Assembly (NCBI GenBank): GCA_002104945.1
Contig: MCFH01000029.1
Location: 603,899-667,898 of the forward strand
Source: Piromyces finnis finn
Lineage: Eukaryota > Fungi > Neocallimastigomycota
Length of the DNA: 64,000 nt
Direction of reading: 5' to 3'
The notes under the pieces: generated by a model
Database searches by the model: none
Seen by the model: the letters and a program-made list of their open reading frames with translations, nothing else
Told to the model about the DNA's origin: nothing
Part shown: positions 43,701-53,860 of the stretch, one piece after another
How the letters are laid out: every line of letters begins with the position of its first letter
Position numbering within the stretch: position 1 is the stretch's first letter
Program-made: the position numbers and the translations under genes

Positions 43701-44240
43701 ATACTTTTGTTAAAGTATGTTTTTTAAAATTATTGAAAAATTTTTTGGTTTTAATAACATTGAAAAATGATAGCCAATCACTGACTGGAATAGATCATGT
43801 GAAGATCATAATTATTTGTTACTTTAAAATAAAATCTATACCTTTATTTACCAAAAAAAATGTATATATAATTAATAAAATTTTATTAAGGAATGAAATA
43901 AATAAATAATAGTAATAATAATGATAATAATAGTAATAAATGTTAATACTAAAATATTTAAAAATAAAATTTAATTACAAATGAAATAAAAAAAAAAACT
44001 AAAAAAACTAATGCATTCTTTTGATTATTGTAATTAAAAGAGACCTGCTTTTTAACTTTCCAGAAAGGTGATAAAAATTTTATCAGGGTAAAAAAAAAAT
44101 TTGTTCTTGATAACATAAAGCTTAATTTTTGTTGGAATTCCACAGCGACCATAAACATAAAGTTTGTTAACGACAGCATACGTTGTTACCATCTTTATAT
44201 ATAATTATTTTAATTAAAATTATAATATATATATATTATA

Positions 44241-47200
44241 TTTTTTTTTTTAACGGCATCAAATATTTTAAACTTTATAATTAATTTAAAAGTATAATAC
44301 ATATTATAAAAAAACAATATTAAAAATAAAAATAATAAAAAAAAAAAAAAATAGGTTTTAATAAACACAAATGAATAAAAATTGGGTATAATGTATTCTA
44401 GTCATTTTAACTAAAATAAAAAAACCACTATTATACTAAAGTATAATAATTGTATTTGACTTCCAATGGGACACCGAGCCAACGATCAAAATTTCGTTAT
44501 GGATCAAAATTATGCTCTCCATTGGTTGCGCTGGCCCTCCTGGCCTGTCTTACTGTTTCTTCAGCATTGACGCTCTTGGATGTTGCTTCAAACCTTTTGA
44601 ACATTGTCCATTGCTGGCCAATAGCAAAAGGCATGATTTTGGTTAGAAGTTCTGCTGCTACCGTCAAGAATGGTGTTCCTTCATTAGTACCAGATTGAAT
44701 CTGACGCTTACAAAGTTCTTTCTATTCCCTTGAATTGTAATTGATATTGTTAAAACTTCTTCCCCCAAGAAGGAATTTAAATATTTTACTGCACACACTA
44801 GAATAATCATACACATTAATATTCACCGGATTATTAGAACTATTACTATTATTAACTAAATTACTATCTAAATTAGAATTATTATCTTCACCATTTCTAT
44901 CATTACTAATATTATTATTCCTATTACTACTATTGTTATTATTCCTATTACTACTATTGTTATTATTACTATTGTTACTATTACTATTGTTATTACTACT
45001 ATTGTTACTATTACTATTAATGTTATTGCTATCTCTACTGATATTATCAATTTCATTATTATTGATAGGACTATTGGAATTACGTTGACTGAAAAAATTT
45101 AGTAGCTGGACTATGGAATCATAATGTTTAATACGGATATCTCTAAATGTTGGACAATCTAATAACCAATGTTTAATACTTTGATCTCCACACTTGCAAC
45201 ATGGACAGTAGTTAGGACAAACTGGATCAACAAATTTGGCAGCTTTGGCAACTCTAGCATCCAACTTGTATCCGCTTCTTGCTTTCAATAGCCAGTAGAA
45301 ACCATAGGCAAACTCTGAGTACTCATAACATAACTTGATGAAATCTTTAGTTTCAATAAATTTATTATCATCATAATATGGCGCTTTGATTGAATTCCCT
45401 TTGAGATCTTTCCAATAAAAGTTTTTAACTGCTTTAACATCTCCATGTTTCTTTAATTTTTTATCAAGTGTCCTACTTGATTTGCACCACGTGTATTTTC
45501 TAAATTTAGGAATGTAATTGACAAGGTGTGAGATAATACAATTTGAGTTTTTCCATTTGTTAAAACATCTAACCTGAGCTAACGCACATTTGGCTGACAA
45601 TGGAGGAATATTCAAATCTTTTGAGATTGAGTATAAGGATATAAACGATACAGCTTTATGAACTCCGGCAACCCATCGTATTCCTTTGTTAACATGCTTC
45701 TGAGCAATCCTAGACCTAGCTTTGTTGGATCCAAGTAATGGTGCAAAGTATGAAACTCTGCTAATCACTTGAGAGTTAAGTACTAGTTTTTTGAAAGGAA
45801 TAGGAATATTAGGATTTCTTAAGAATTTACTGACTGAGAAAAGTCCTTTCAAAACCTTGTTATTAAGAACTTTAATTACTGGTTTAAGGGACAAATTCTT
45901 ATCAAATGGAACACCAAGATAAGTGTAGCAGTCAGTAGTTGGAATGGGTTGTCCTGCTAAGTAAAATGTTGGATCTCTCTTGTTCTGATTTTCTATTGAT
46001 TCAGGACGAATCACCATCGTTGAACATTTCTGGATACCAAATTCCATTTCATTATACAAGGCCCATTCATTAAATCTTCTAAGCATCTTTTTTAAGCATC
46101 CTCTTGTTGGAGCACAAATAACTATATCATCTGCAAAAAGTCCACCACAGCATCGAGTGTCACCTAAACTGACTCCGAGATCTTCACACTCTTTAAATAT
46201 ATCATTAATAAAGAGATTAAAAAGAATAGGAGAAAGAGGGCAACCTTGACGGACTCCTTTCTTCACATCAAAAGATTTCGAGAATTGTCCATCTAATTTG
46301 ACATTAGCCTTAGATGTTAAATATAAATTTTTGATAAATTGTAAACTCTTACCTCGGATTCCTAAACAATCTAATTTATGGAGAATATTACCGATTGGGA
46401 CTGAATCGTATGCTTTCCTGAGATCTAAAAAGGCCAAATATGTCTCTTTATTATCTAATTGACGTCTACGGCATATTTCTTGGATTGAAATGAAAAGACT
46501 GATACTTTCTTCCTTTTTTCGAAAACCAAATTGTTCAGGTCTAATGAAATTATTCTTTAGACCATATTCTGAGATTCTAGTGGTGACAATTTTGGAGATC
46601 AACTTAATACCATTATTGATAAGTGATATACCTCGATAGTTATCACAATCTGTCAAATCTCCCTTCTTAGGAATAGAAACAATACTGGATTCATTCCATG
46701 AGTTGGGGAAATCTCCATCCCAAATACGGTTAAATAATTTAAGAATAAAATTTAAACCATGAGCATCATTATCTGAAGTAGTATTACCAGAAGAATTATT
46801 ACCTGTAGCATTATTAGAATCATTACTTGATGGAATTAATGCTTTGTAAAATTCAATTGGAATACCATCCGGACCTGATGCTTTATAATTTGGAGTAGAG
46901 AGGATAGCTGACTTGACTTCATCAATACTAATATCTTGGTTGATATCCCACTCATCAAGCATAGGAAGTGAAAAACGTTTATTCATTGGTTCTTCATACC
47001 AATGCTCCAAATCAAGACTTACACCACTTGGATCTGATGCAAGCTTTTCGAAATGATCATGCCACACTTCTAGTTGTTCTTCCGTAGCAACAACTAATTC
47101 TCCGTTTTTGTTTTTAATTGGTTGAGCAATAAAGAAAGAATCTTTTCCAATTTTTGCAGTTTTCTTGATCCATTTCCAGGCCTTCTTAGGATTATGACTC

Positions 47201-47865
47201 TTCATATACTCACATCCTGTTTTAATCCAATGAAGATATTCTTGTTTCCTAAATTCATTACATCTTTTGTGGATGTAATCAATGAGCTTACGGTAGATTT
47301 TAATTCTTTTAATAAATTCATCTATATCATAAATTCTTTCTTTTTTAAATCTCTTATACAACTTCATTTTGATTTTTTGGAGATTAAAAATTTGTTGTGA
47401 AATATGAAATGAAGACTTTATAACATTATTTGCTGAGGTAATACTGAGCTCGTCTGCAATTGAAAAAGCAGTTGAAGTAAACTCTTTGGAAAGTTCATCT
47501 GTAGAAACATTAGGATCGTTGAATTTTGCTGAAAGAATTTGGAATTTATTATGACTAAGAATAGATTCCTTTTCCTCAATACATTTTAATCTATTCCATT
47601 TCAGAATTTTCTTAGGAACATTAAAGTCATTAGAAAAATCTTCCATAGGAATAATTTTACCATTAATAAGAAGTGGCTTATGGTCTGATACAGGATAAAA
47701 ATTATTTATAAATGATGCTGAGTGAATAAGATCTTTCATCTTCGAATTGATAAGAGCATGGTCAATGTCGGAAGATTGATCACCTCGAGTCCAAGAGATA
47801 GTCGACCCTCTAAGCGGAAGAATTTCCCAATCTCCTAATCCATTTGTTGATAACCAGTTGGATAA
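44241..47865 (-). mobile_element. LINE copy A, 3' portion (end of APE, RT, C-terminal Cys/His knuckle, 3' UTR, short poly(A))
   Basis: ORF 44722..47739 has RT motifs (ASGPDGIP, NYRGISL, PEQFGFR, FLDLRKAYDSV, GVRQGCPLSPILF, LFADD) and CPCCKCG..HWLLDC. It ends at a TGG>TAG nonsense codon (44722-44724) 75 codons before the natural stop (44497-44499). T-run 44241-44251 is the tail. Confidence 0.95.
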
Positions 47866-48100
47866 TGTCAGATAAATTTAGTTTACACTTAAATTTATTT
47901 ATAAAACTATTTGGGTTTTTATAATCTTTTATTTATTTATATTTATTTTATAATATAAATATTGTAACTTTCTTAAAATCTTTTTATTAAAAAATAACCA
48001 AAGAATAAAAATGTAGTACAATATTAATTTATAATTTTATAAAATACAAATACATAAAAAATACATAAAATATTATTTTGGAATGTATTTTATTTTCACA
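47866..48100 (-). repeat. 3' LTR of the copia element (235 bp)
   Basis: Matches 53626-53860; TGTCA...TCACA termini. Confidence 0.97.
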
Positions 48101-48110
48101 CTCCCCCAAA
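48101..48110 (-). promoter_or_regulatory. Polypurine tract (TTTGGGGGAG on the minus strand)
   Basis: Directly abuts the 3' LTR, just downstream of the pol stop codon. Confidence 0.85.
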
Positions 48111-48122
48111 GTTATAAATTCA

Positions 48123-51100
48123 TTATTTGTATTTATATAATAAACTATCTCTAAATATTTTCATTTTATTTTTATTCAAGTATTTAGTAAAACCATCTGC
48201 TAAATTTTCTTCTGATTTTATATATTCTAGACTGATTTTATTTTCTTTAATTAATTCTCTTACTTTATGGTACTTAATATCAATATGTTTTGACTTTGGA
48301 TTAATCGTTTCATTATTTGCGTTGTAAATAGTTGCTTGATTATCAATATTGATTTTTAAGCATTCTTCCTTTATTTTTAATTCACTAAAAATATTTCTAT
48401 ACCACAGAGCTTGCTTTGAGCATTCACAAAGTCCATAATATTCTGCTTCGGCGGTTGAAGTTGATACACATTTTTGCAGTTTTGAGTACCAGCTTGTTGG
48501 TCCATTTCCCAATAAAAATACAAATCCAGTGGTAGATTTTCTTGTTTCTTCATCTCCCCCATAGTCTGAATCTACAAAAATCTTCAAATTTAAGTTTCTT
48601 TCAAAACGGATTCCATAATGAGGATTTTCTTTCAGATATTTGAATATTTGTAATACATTCTTCCAATTTTGGATAGTAGGATTTTGTGAGAACCTAGATG
48701 CTTTGGTTACTGAAAATAAGATATCTGGACGAGTACCTATGGCTAAATATAAAAGACTTCCTATTGCAGCTCTATAAGTAGTAGGGTCAAAAGGCTGATT
48801 GAGTTGTTCATCATTCTTGATTGGTGTAGTTGTCTTTGATCCTCTGCAGTTTTCTAAACCAAATTTGTGTAATATATCCTTTAAATACCTTTCTTGATGT
48901 AACAAATACCCATCTTTTAACGTTTCTACTTTGATTCCTATGATGAAATTTGCATCACCAACATCCGTGATAACATATTTCTCTTTAATTAATTTAATAG
49001 TTTTATCTATTTCTTCCTTTTTACCAGTTATTAGGATGTCATCAACATATATTCCAACTAAACATACTAATTTATTGTTTTTGGTCTTTATAAATATGCA
49101 TGGTTCGCTAACTAATTTCTGAAATCCTAGTTCAATGAGAGTATTGCTGATGTTGTTATTCCATTCTCTTGCTGCTTGTTTTAAGCCATATAATGCTTTA
49201 TTTAATTTCCATAATCCTTTTTTATACATTTTATCTCCTTCAGGTGCTTTCATATATATATCTTCCTTTAAATCTGCATACAAATATGCGGCCTTAACAT
49301 CTAATTGATGGATTTTATAGTTATTAATTGCAGCTATTCCTATTAGGATTCTTAATGAGTCTTGTTTTAGAGTAGGAGAAAAGGTCTCATTGTAGTCTTC
49401 TCCATATTCTTGTGTAAAACCTCTGGCTACAAGTCTAGCTTTGTATTTTTCTATCTCACCAGTGCTATTCCTTTTTATCTTAAATACCCATCTTGAATCA
49501 ATAATATTGGCGTCTTCTGGAACTTCATCTATTCTTTTGAACACTTTTCTTTCTTTCATATTTAGCAATTCGGCTTCTATTGCTTTTATCCACTTATCCT
49601 TATCTTTTCTTTTAAATATATCATTATAGGAATTTGGCTCCTTGATTTGTGCTATAGTTAGCGCCACTTCCTTAATTTTCTTCTTTTCTGGTTCATGTTC
49701 ATGTGGCTTACTAAATTTTTCTTCTATGACATCTTCACTTGGAACAAGTTTCCGCTTTCTTGGGAATTTTTCTTCCTTTGGTGGATGATTTTCATTTAAT
49801 TTAAAATTTTTATTGGATTTTAATTTTCTATTTAGATTTCTCTTATTCAAAAAATTTTGTTTTGATAATAACTTTTTCTTATCAAAAAATTTTTTCTTAG
49901 ATTTATCTTTATTGATTGGATCTTTAATTTCATTTTTATTTTTTAAATTTCTCAAATTATATTCCTTTTTATTTTGATTATTTAAATTACTTTCTTTTTC
50001 ATCAGAAATATTTTTAAATTTGGACTTTTCTTCAGGAATATTGATATTTTCTTTATTCAAATTTCTTCTTATTTCATTCTCATTAATAGGTATGTAATTT
50101 TTCTTATAATATTCTTCATTCTTATAATTTACTTTTACATTTGAATAATTATTTTCTATTTCTTTTCTATTATTTTTATTTATATTATTTTTGACACTCT
50201 CAATATTTTCAAAATCAATTTTCTTTCTTGTTCCTAAATCAATGTCAGGACTCAGGATATTTAAAAAATCATTATTGTCAATTTCTCCAGTTAAATCATT
50301 TATCTCCATTTCTGATGGTGTTTTTAATACTTCTTCAATTAATTCATTTTTATTTACAATGTCTGAATTTTCTTCTATAAAATAAACATTTCCTTTTGCA
50401 TTCAGGTATTTATTATTCCTTTTATTATCCTTTGATATATTTGAATTGTCTTTACTGTTTATATTTTTATTTTTCTTGTCGTCATTTCTCTTTATATTCA
50501 CTTCTTTAATTTCACAAATTTCAGTTTCGTCAGCACTATTATATTTTAAATTATTATATTTTAAATTATTTTCTTCCAAGGTAAAGTTATTTATATTGCC
50601 GTCGTTACTTCCTGAAATGTCATTATTGTTTTCTTTTTCTTTATTGGTTTCACTTACAGATTCCATTGAAGTACTTATTTTAATTTCTTTATTTTCTTCC
50701 ATTTCTTCAATTTTCTGGTAATTATTTTTGTTCAAACGTTCTTTTTTCTTTTCTTTTAGTTTAATATAGTCTAAGAGATTTAAGTCTTCTTCTTCTGAGT
50801 CTTCTATATTCATATTACTATCATTAGTGTCCTCGCAGACTTGCATAAAACTTTCAGAACTATTATTTTTTTCTTTATTTAATAGTGACGTGAGCTTATC
50901 CAGCTTTTCTTCTATATTTCTAAATTTTTCTTCATAATTTACTTCTTTTAAGTCTTCTTTATTACTAGTTTTATCATTGAGTGTTTCTAGGTTTTCATTC
51001 ATTAATTTATCATTTTCATTTGAAATGTCCTTTTCTTTTTTGTCTTTATTGTTATTGTTTTCATTTTCTTTATCATACATATAATTAAAGTTCCTTACTT

Positions 51101-53576
51101 GAAAAGTTTCTGTATCTTGACTATATGTTTCATTATTATTTTCTTTTTCTAAATTATAATTGTAGTCACCAGGTTCTTCTTCTAAAAAACCTACGACTCT
51201 TTTCACTTTAATTTTCCTTGATTTTATGTCGAATATTCTGTATCCTACTGAAGATTCATCATATCCGATAAAGATTCCCTCCTTAGTTTTGTCTTGAAAT
51301 TTTGGAATGTTACTGTCATCTAAATAATACACTTTACATCCAAATACTCTTAAATTTTTATAATCAACTTTTCTGTTGTACATTAATTCAAATGGTATTT
51401 CACCATTAATTCCACTGTGCGGAACTCGATTATGAACATAGTTCGCTGTTTTCACAGCATCTTCCCAAAAGCGACGACATAACCTTGCGTCCATTAACAT
51501 TGCAGTAGCAGTTTTTATTAACTTTCCATTGAATCTTTCTGCTCTTCCATTCTGCTCCGGATTTCCAGGGACGGTGAATTGTTGAGTTATTCCATATTCG
51601 TTACATAACTCCTTGAAGTTATTAGAAGTGAATTCAGTTCCATTATCGCTTCTAAGATATTTTACTTTGGATGATAATTCATTAGTAGTTTTATTCAGCC
51701 AATTTCCAAATTCTTTGAAAACATCACTTTTATTCTTGACAAATATTACCCATCCATATCGACTGTAATCATCTAAGATACTTAAAAAGTATACGTTGTC
51801 ATGAATTGATGGTGTGATTGGACCTACCAAATCGATGTGTACTAGTTCCAAAACACTTGATGCTCTACTATCTGACCTTTTATGAGGGATTTCTTTCATT
51901 TTGCTTCTCATGCATATTGTACAATTGTGAATATTGTTCTTTTCATCATTATTGTTGAAATTCAGATGCCCTATTCTTCTATGCCAGTATTCACCATTGT
52001 TTCGTACATTATCGCACATTGAGTAATTATTAACTACATTACCTTCTTTGATGTACAAATTGAATACATCATATTCATTTGCTTTAACTTCGTATACATT
52101 ATCTGTTTTCTTATCTTTTATATATGCAAATACATTATTGTTCTTCTCATCAAAGATTATTTGGTAGCCACTTTTAACTAACTTGGCAACAGAAATTAAA
52201 TTTCGTTTTACATCTGGGATGTACATTACATCTTCTAATTTTATTGGTTCTTCATTAATAGATCCATTTACTTCACCCATATGTGTTGACTTTGTAGTCG
52301 CTCCATTTGCATAATTGATTGGTTCTACATGTTCAAAAACATTTTTGAGAATTCCTATATCTTTGGTAATATGATTAGAAGCACCAGAATCTAAAGTCCA
52401 TGTAGTAAAACTTGTAGGTACATTTTCACAAGATACGTAATTGCATGATTTATTATTACATTCATCATTGTTATTGTCAAATAATGTATTGTAATCAACT
52501 GTAAACAAATCTTGATATCCAACTTCTGGTTCAAAGTCTTCAGTGGTTTGTTTATTTACTATTTCACCTGTTGCTAAAAATGCTTCCTTGCCTTTATTTT
52601 TCTCTTTTCTTAGCCTTCTTGTAACTTCTTCTGAAAGTTCTTTTTGAATACGACATTGTTTTACAGTATGTCCTTTTTGATGACAAAAATAACATGTAAT
52701 GTTTTGTTTATTTTTGTTATTCCAATTTCTTTCTTCATTGGACTTTTCTTTTCCTTTATTTGTATTTTTATTATGATTATTACTTTGTTTGTTGCGGTAG
52801 TATTTAGTACTTTCCTTTCTTTTATCACCTTTGTAACTACCTTCAACACTAAAGATATGTCTAATTCCGAAGGTTTCAGATTTCTCTTTCGGATCAAATT
52901 TGTTCATCTTATCTATCATTCTTGCTGTGTCCTTTTTGCATTCTTCCCAGTCTTCATGCTTAAGGACTGTGACTTTCCTATATTTTTCTGGTAAGGCTTG
53001 ATACAGTAAACCAATTTTTTCTTCATCATCTATTTTCACATTTAGTTGTTCTAACTTATTAAAGTTGGAATTTAACTTATTTACAAATCTTGAGAAACTT
53101 TCTTTCGGGTCGTATTTTAAGGAGTTTGTTTCCTTAATAAGCCTATTCTTTCTTTCTATTTTATCCCCTAAATAAATGTCTTCTAATAGTTTCCACATTT
53201 CGTAGCTTGTTAAAGACCTATCTTGGATATCTTGTTGGCAGTTTGGGCCTAAAGTATACCTAATTAAAAATTGGATATTCCTATCTGTTTTTAAGTCATC
53301 TTCGGTTACGTTCTTATCATAGTAGGTATTGATTTCAAAAGGTGCCTTTAGATATTCTTCTCCGTCGATATCCATTCCTTCGTCACTTTTGATCTTTGGG
53401 GTTTTGTTTTCATCAACCCAATCTTCAAGACCATAATAATTTAAAATATTCCTCATAAACATTTGCCACGTTATGAAATTTTTATTGTTCAATTCATAAG
53501 TGACCTTTCCTAGCATAACGGTAGGATCGAATATAGGAATTGATCCAGTATCTCCGTTAGATTTTCTTTTTGACAT
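48123..53576 (-). CDS. Copia Gag-Pol polyprotein (Gag with CCHC knuckle, protease, integrase, long linker, RT, RNase H), 1817 aa, uninterrupted
   Basis: CYFCHQKGHTVKQC; WTLDSGASNH; WHRRIGH and CTICMRSK; VHIDLVGP..LRSDNGTEF..QNGRAER; YKARLVARGFTQ..YVDDILI; FVDSDYGG..STAEAEY..KHIDIKYH. The PR-IN-RT-RH order is diagnostic of Ty1/copia. Confidence 0.98.
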   Translation of the reverse strand: MSKRKSNGDTGSIPIFDPTVMLGKVTYELNNKNFITWQMFMRNILNYYGLEDWVDENKTPKIKSDEGMDIDGEEYLKAPFEINTYYDKNVTEDDLKTDRNIQFLIRYTLGPNCQQDIQDRSLTSYEMWKLLEDIYLGDKIERKNRLIKETNSLKYDPKESFSRFVNKLNSNFNKLEQLNVKIDDEEKIGLLYQALPEKYRKVTVLKHEDWEECKKDTARMIDKMNKFDPKEKSETFGIRHIFSVEGSYKGDKRKESTKYYRNKQSNNHNKNTNKGKEKSNEERNWNNKNKQNITCYFCHQKGHTVKQCRIQKELSEEVTRRLRKEKNKGKEAFLATGEIVNKQTTEDFEPEVGYQDLFTVDYNTLFDNNNDECNNKSCNYVSCENVPTSFTTWTLDSGASNHITKDIGILKNVFEHVEPINYANGATTKSTHMGEVNGSINEEPIKLEDVMYIPDVKRNLISVAKLVKSGYQIIFDEKNNNVFAYIKDKKTDNVYEVKANEYDVFNLYIKEGNVVNNYSMCDNVRNNGEYWHRRIGHLNFNNNDEKNNIHNCTICMRSKMKEIPHKRSDSRASSVLELVHIDLVGPITPSIHDNVYFLSILDDYSRYGWVIFVKNKSDVFKEFGNWLNKTTNELSSKVKYLRSDNGTEFTSNNFKELCNEYGITQQFTVPGNPEQNGRAERFNGKLIKTATAMLMDARLCRRFWEDAVKTANYVHNRVPHSGINGEIPFELMYNRKVDYKNLRVFGCKVYYLDDSNIPKFQDKTKEGIFIGYDESSVGYRIFDIKSRKIKVKRVVGFLEEEPGDYNYNLEKENNNETYSQDTETFQVRNFNYMYDKENENNNNKDKKEKDISNENDKLMNENLETLNDKTSNKEDLKEVNYEEKFRNIEEKLDKLTSLLNKEKNNSSESFMQVCEDTNDSNMNIEDSEEEDLNLLDYIKLKEKKKERLNKNNYQKIEEMEENKEIKISTSMESVSETNKEKENNNDISGSNDGNINNFTLEENNLKYNNLKYNSADETEICEIKEVNIKRNDDKKNKNINSKDNSNISKDNKRNNKYLNAKGNVYFIEENSDIVNKNELIEEVLKTPSEMEINDLTGEIDNNDFLNILSPDIDLGTRKKIDFENIESVKNNINKNNRKEIENNYSNVKVNYKNEEYYKKNYIPINENEIRRNLNKENINIPEEKSKFKNISDEKESNLNNQNKKEYNLRNLKNKNEIKDPINKDKSKKKFFDKKKLLSKQNFLNKRNLNRKLKSNKNFKLNENHPPKEEKFPRKRKLVPSEDVIEEKFSKPHEHEPEKKKIKEVALTIAQIKEPNSYNDIFKRKDKDKWIKAIEAELLNMKERKVFKRIDEVPEDANIIDSRWVFKIKRNSTGEIEKYKARLVARGFTQEYGEDYNETFSPTLKQDSLRILIGIAAINNYKIHQLDVKAAYLYADLKEDIYMKAPEGDKMYKKGLWKLNKALYGLKQAAREWNNNISNTLIELGFQKLVSEPCIFIKTKNNKLVCLVGIYVDDILITGKKEEIDKTIKLIKEKYVITDVGDANFIIGIKVETLKDGYLLHQERYLKDILHKFGLENCRGSKTTTPIKNDEQLNQPFDPTTYRAAIGSLLYLAIGTRPDILFSVTKASRFSQNPTIQNWKNVLQIFKYLKENPHYGIRFERNLNLKIFVDSDYGGDEETRKSTTGFVFLLGNGPTSWYSKLQKCVSTSTAEAEYYGLCECSKQALWYRNIFSELKIKEECLKINIDNQATIYNANNETINPKSKHIDIKYHKVRELIKENKISLEYIKSEENLADGFTKYLNKNKMKIFRDSLLYKYK

Positions 53577-53603
53577 ATTAAAAAAAAAACTTACTTAAAT
53601 ATA

Positions 53604-53625
53604 AGAGCAATTGAGACTCTTAATC
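53604..53625 (-). promoter_or_regulatory. Primer-binding site complementary to the 5' half (anticodon arm) of tRNA-Lys(CUU)
   Basis: Plus strand reads AGAGCA-at-TGAGACTCTTAATC immediately before the LTR. As recalled, eukaryotic tRNA-Lys-CTT genes read ...AGAGCATGAGACTCTTAATCTCA... across the D-arm end and anticodon arm. No TGG (anti-CCA) start. Confidence 0.8.
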
Positions 53626-53860
53626 TGTCAGATAAATTTAGTTTACACTTAAATTTATTTATAAAACTATTTGGGTTTTTATAATCTTTTATTTATTTAT
53701 ATTTATTTTATAATATAAATATTGTAACTTTCTTAAAATCTTTTTATTAAAAAATAACCAAAGAATAAAAATGTAGTACAATATTAATTTATAATTTTAT
53801 AAAATACAAATACATAAAAAATACATAAAATATTATTTTGGAATGTATTTTATTTTCACA
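53626..53860 (-). repeat. 5' LTR of the copia element (235 bp)
   Basis: Matches 47866-48100. Confidence 0.97.

Larger units (their letters stand above)
47866..53860 (-). mobile_element. Intact Ty1/copia LTR retrotransposon inserted in LINE copy A
   Basis: TG...CA LTRs of 235 bp (47866-48100 and 53626-53860), identical by eye. TSD GATAA at 47861-47865 and 53861-53865. PPT next to the 3' LTR, PBS next to the 5' LTR, one gag-pol ORF. Confidence 0.98.

Noticed and set aside
5626-43909. Short F/I/L/K-rich ORFs (5626..5838, 15086..15295, 16466..16651, 25917..26108, 26342..26536, 27613..27882, 28388..28618, 41465..41779, 43697..43909)
   Set aside because: Low-complexity intergenic or intronic sequence, or antisense to real exons.
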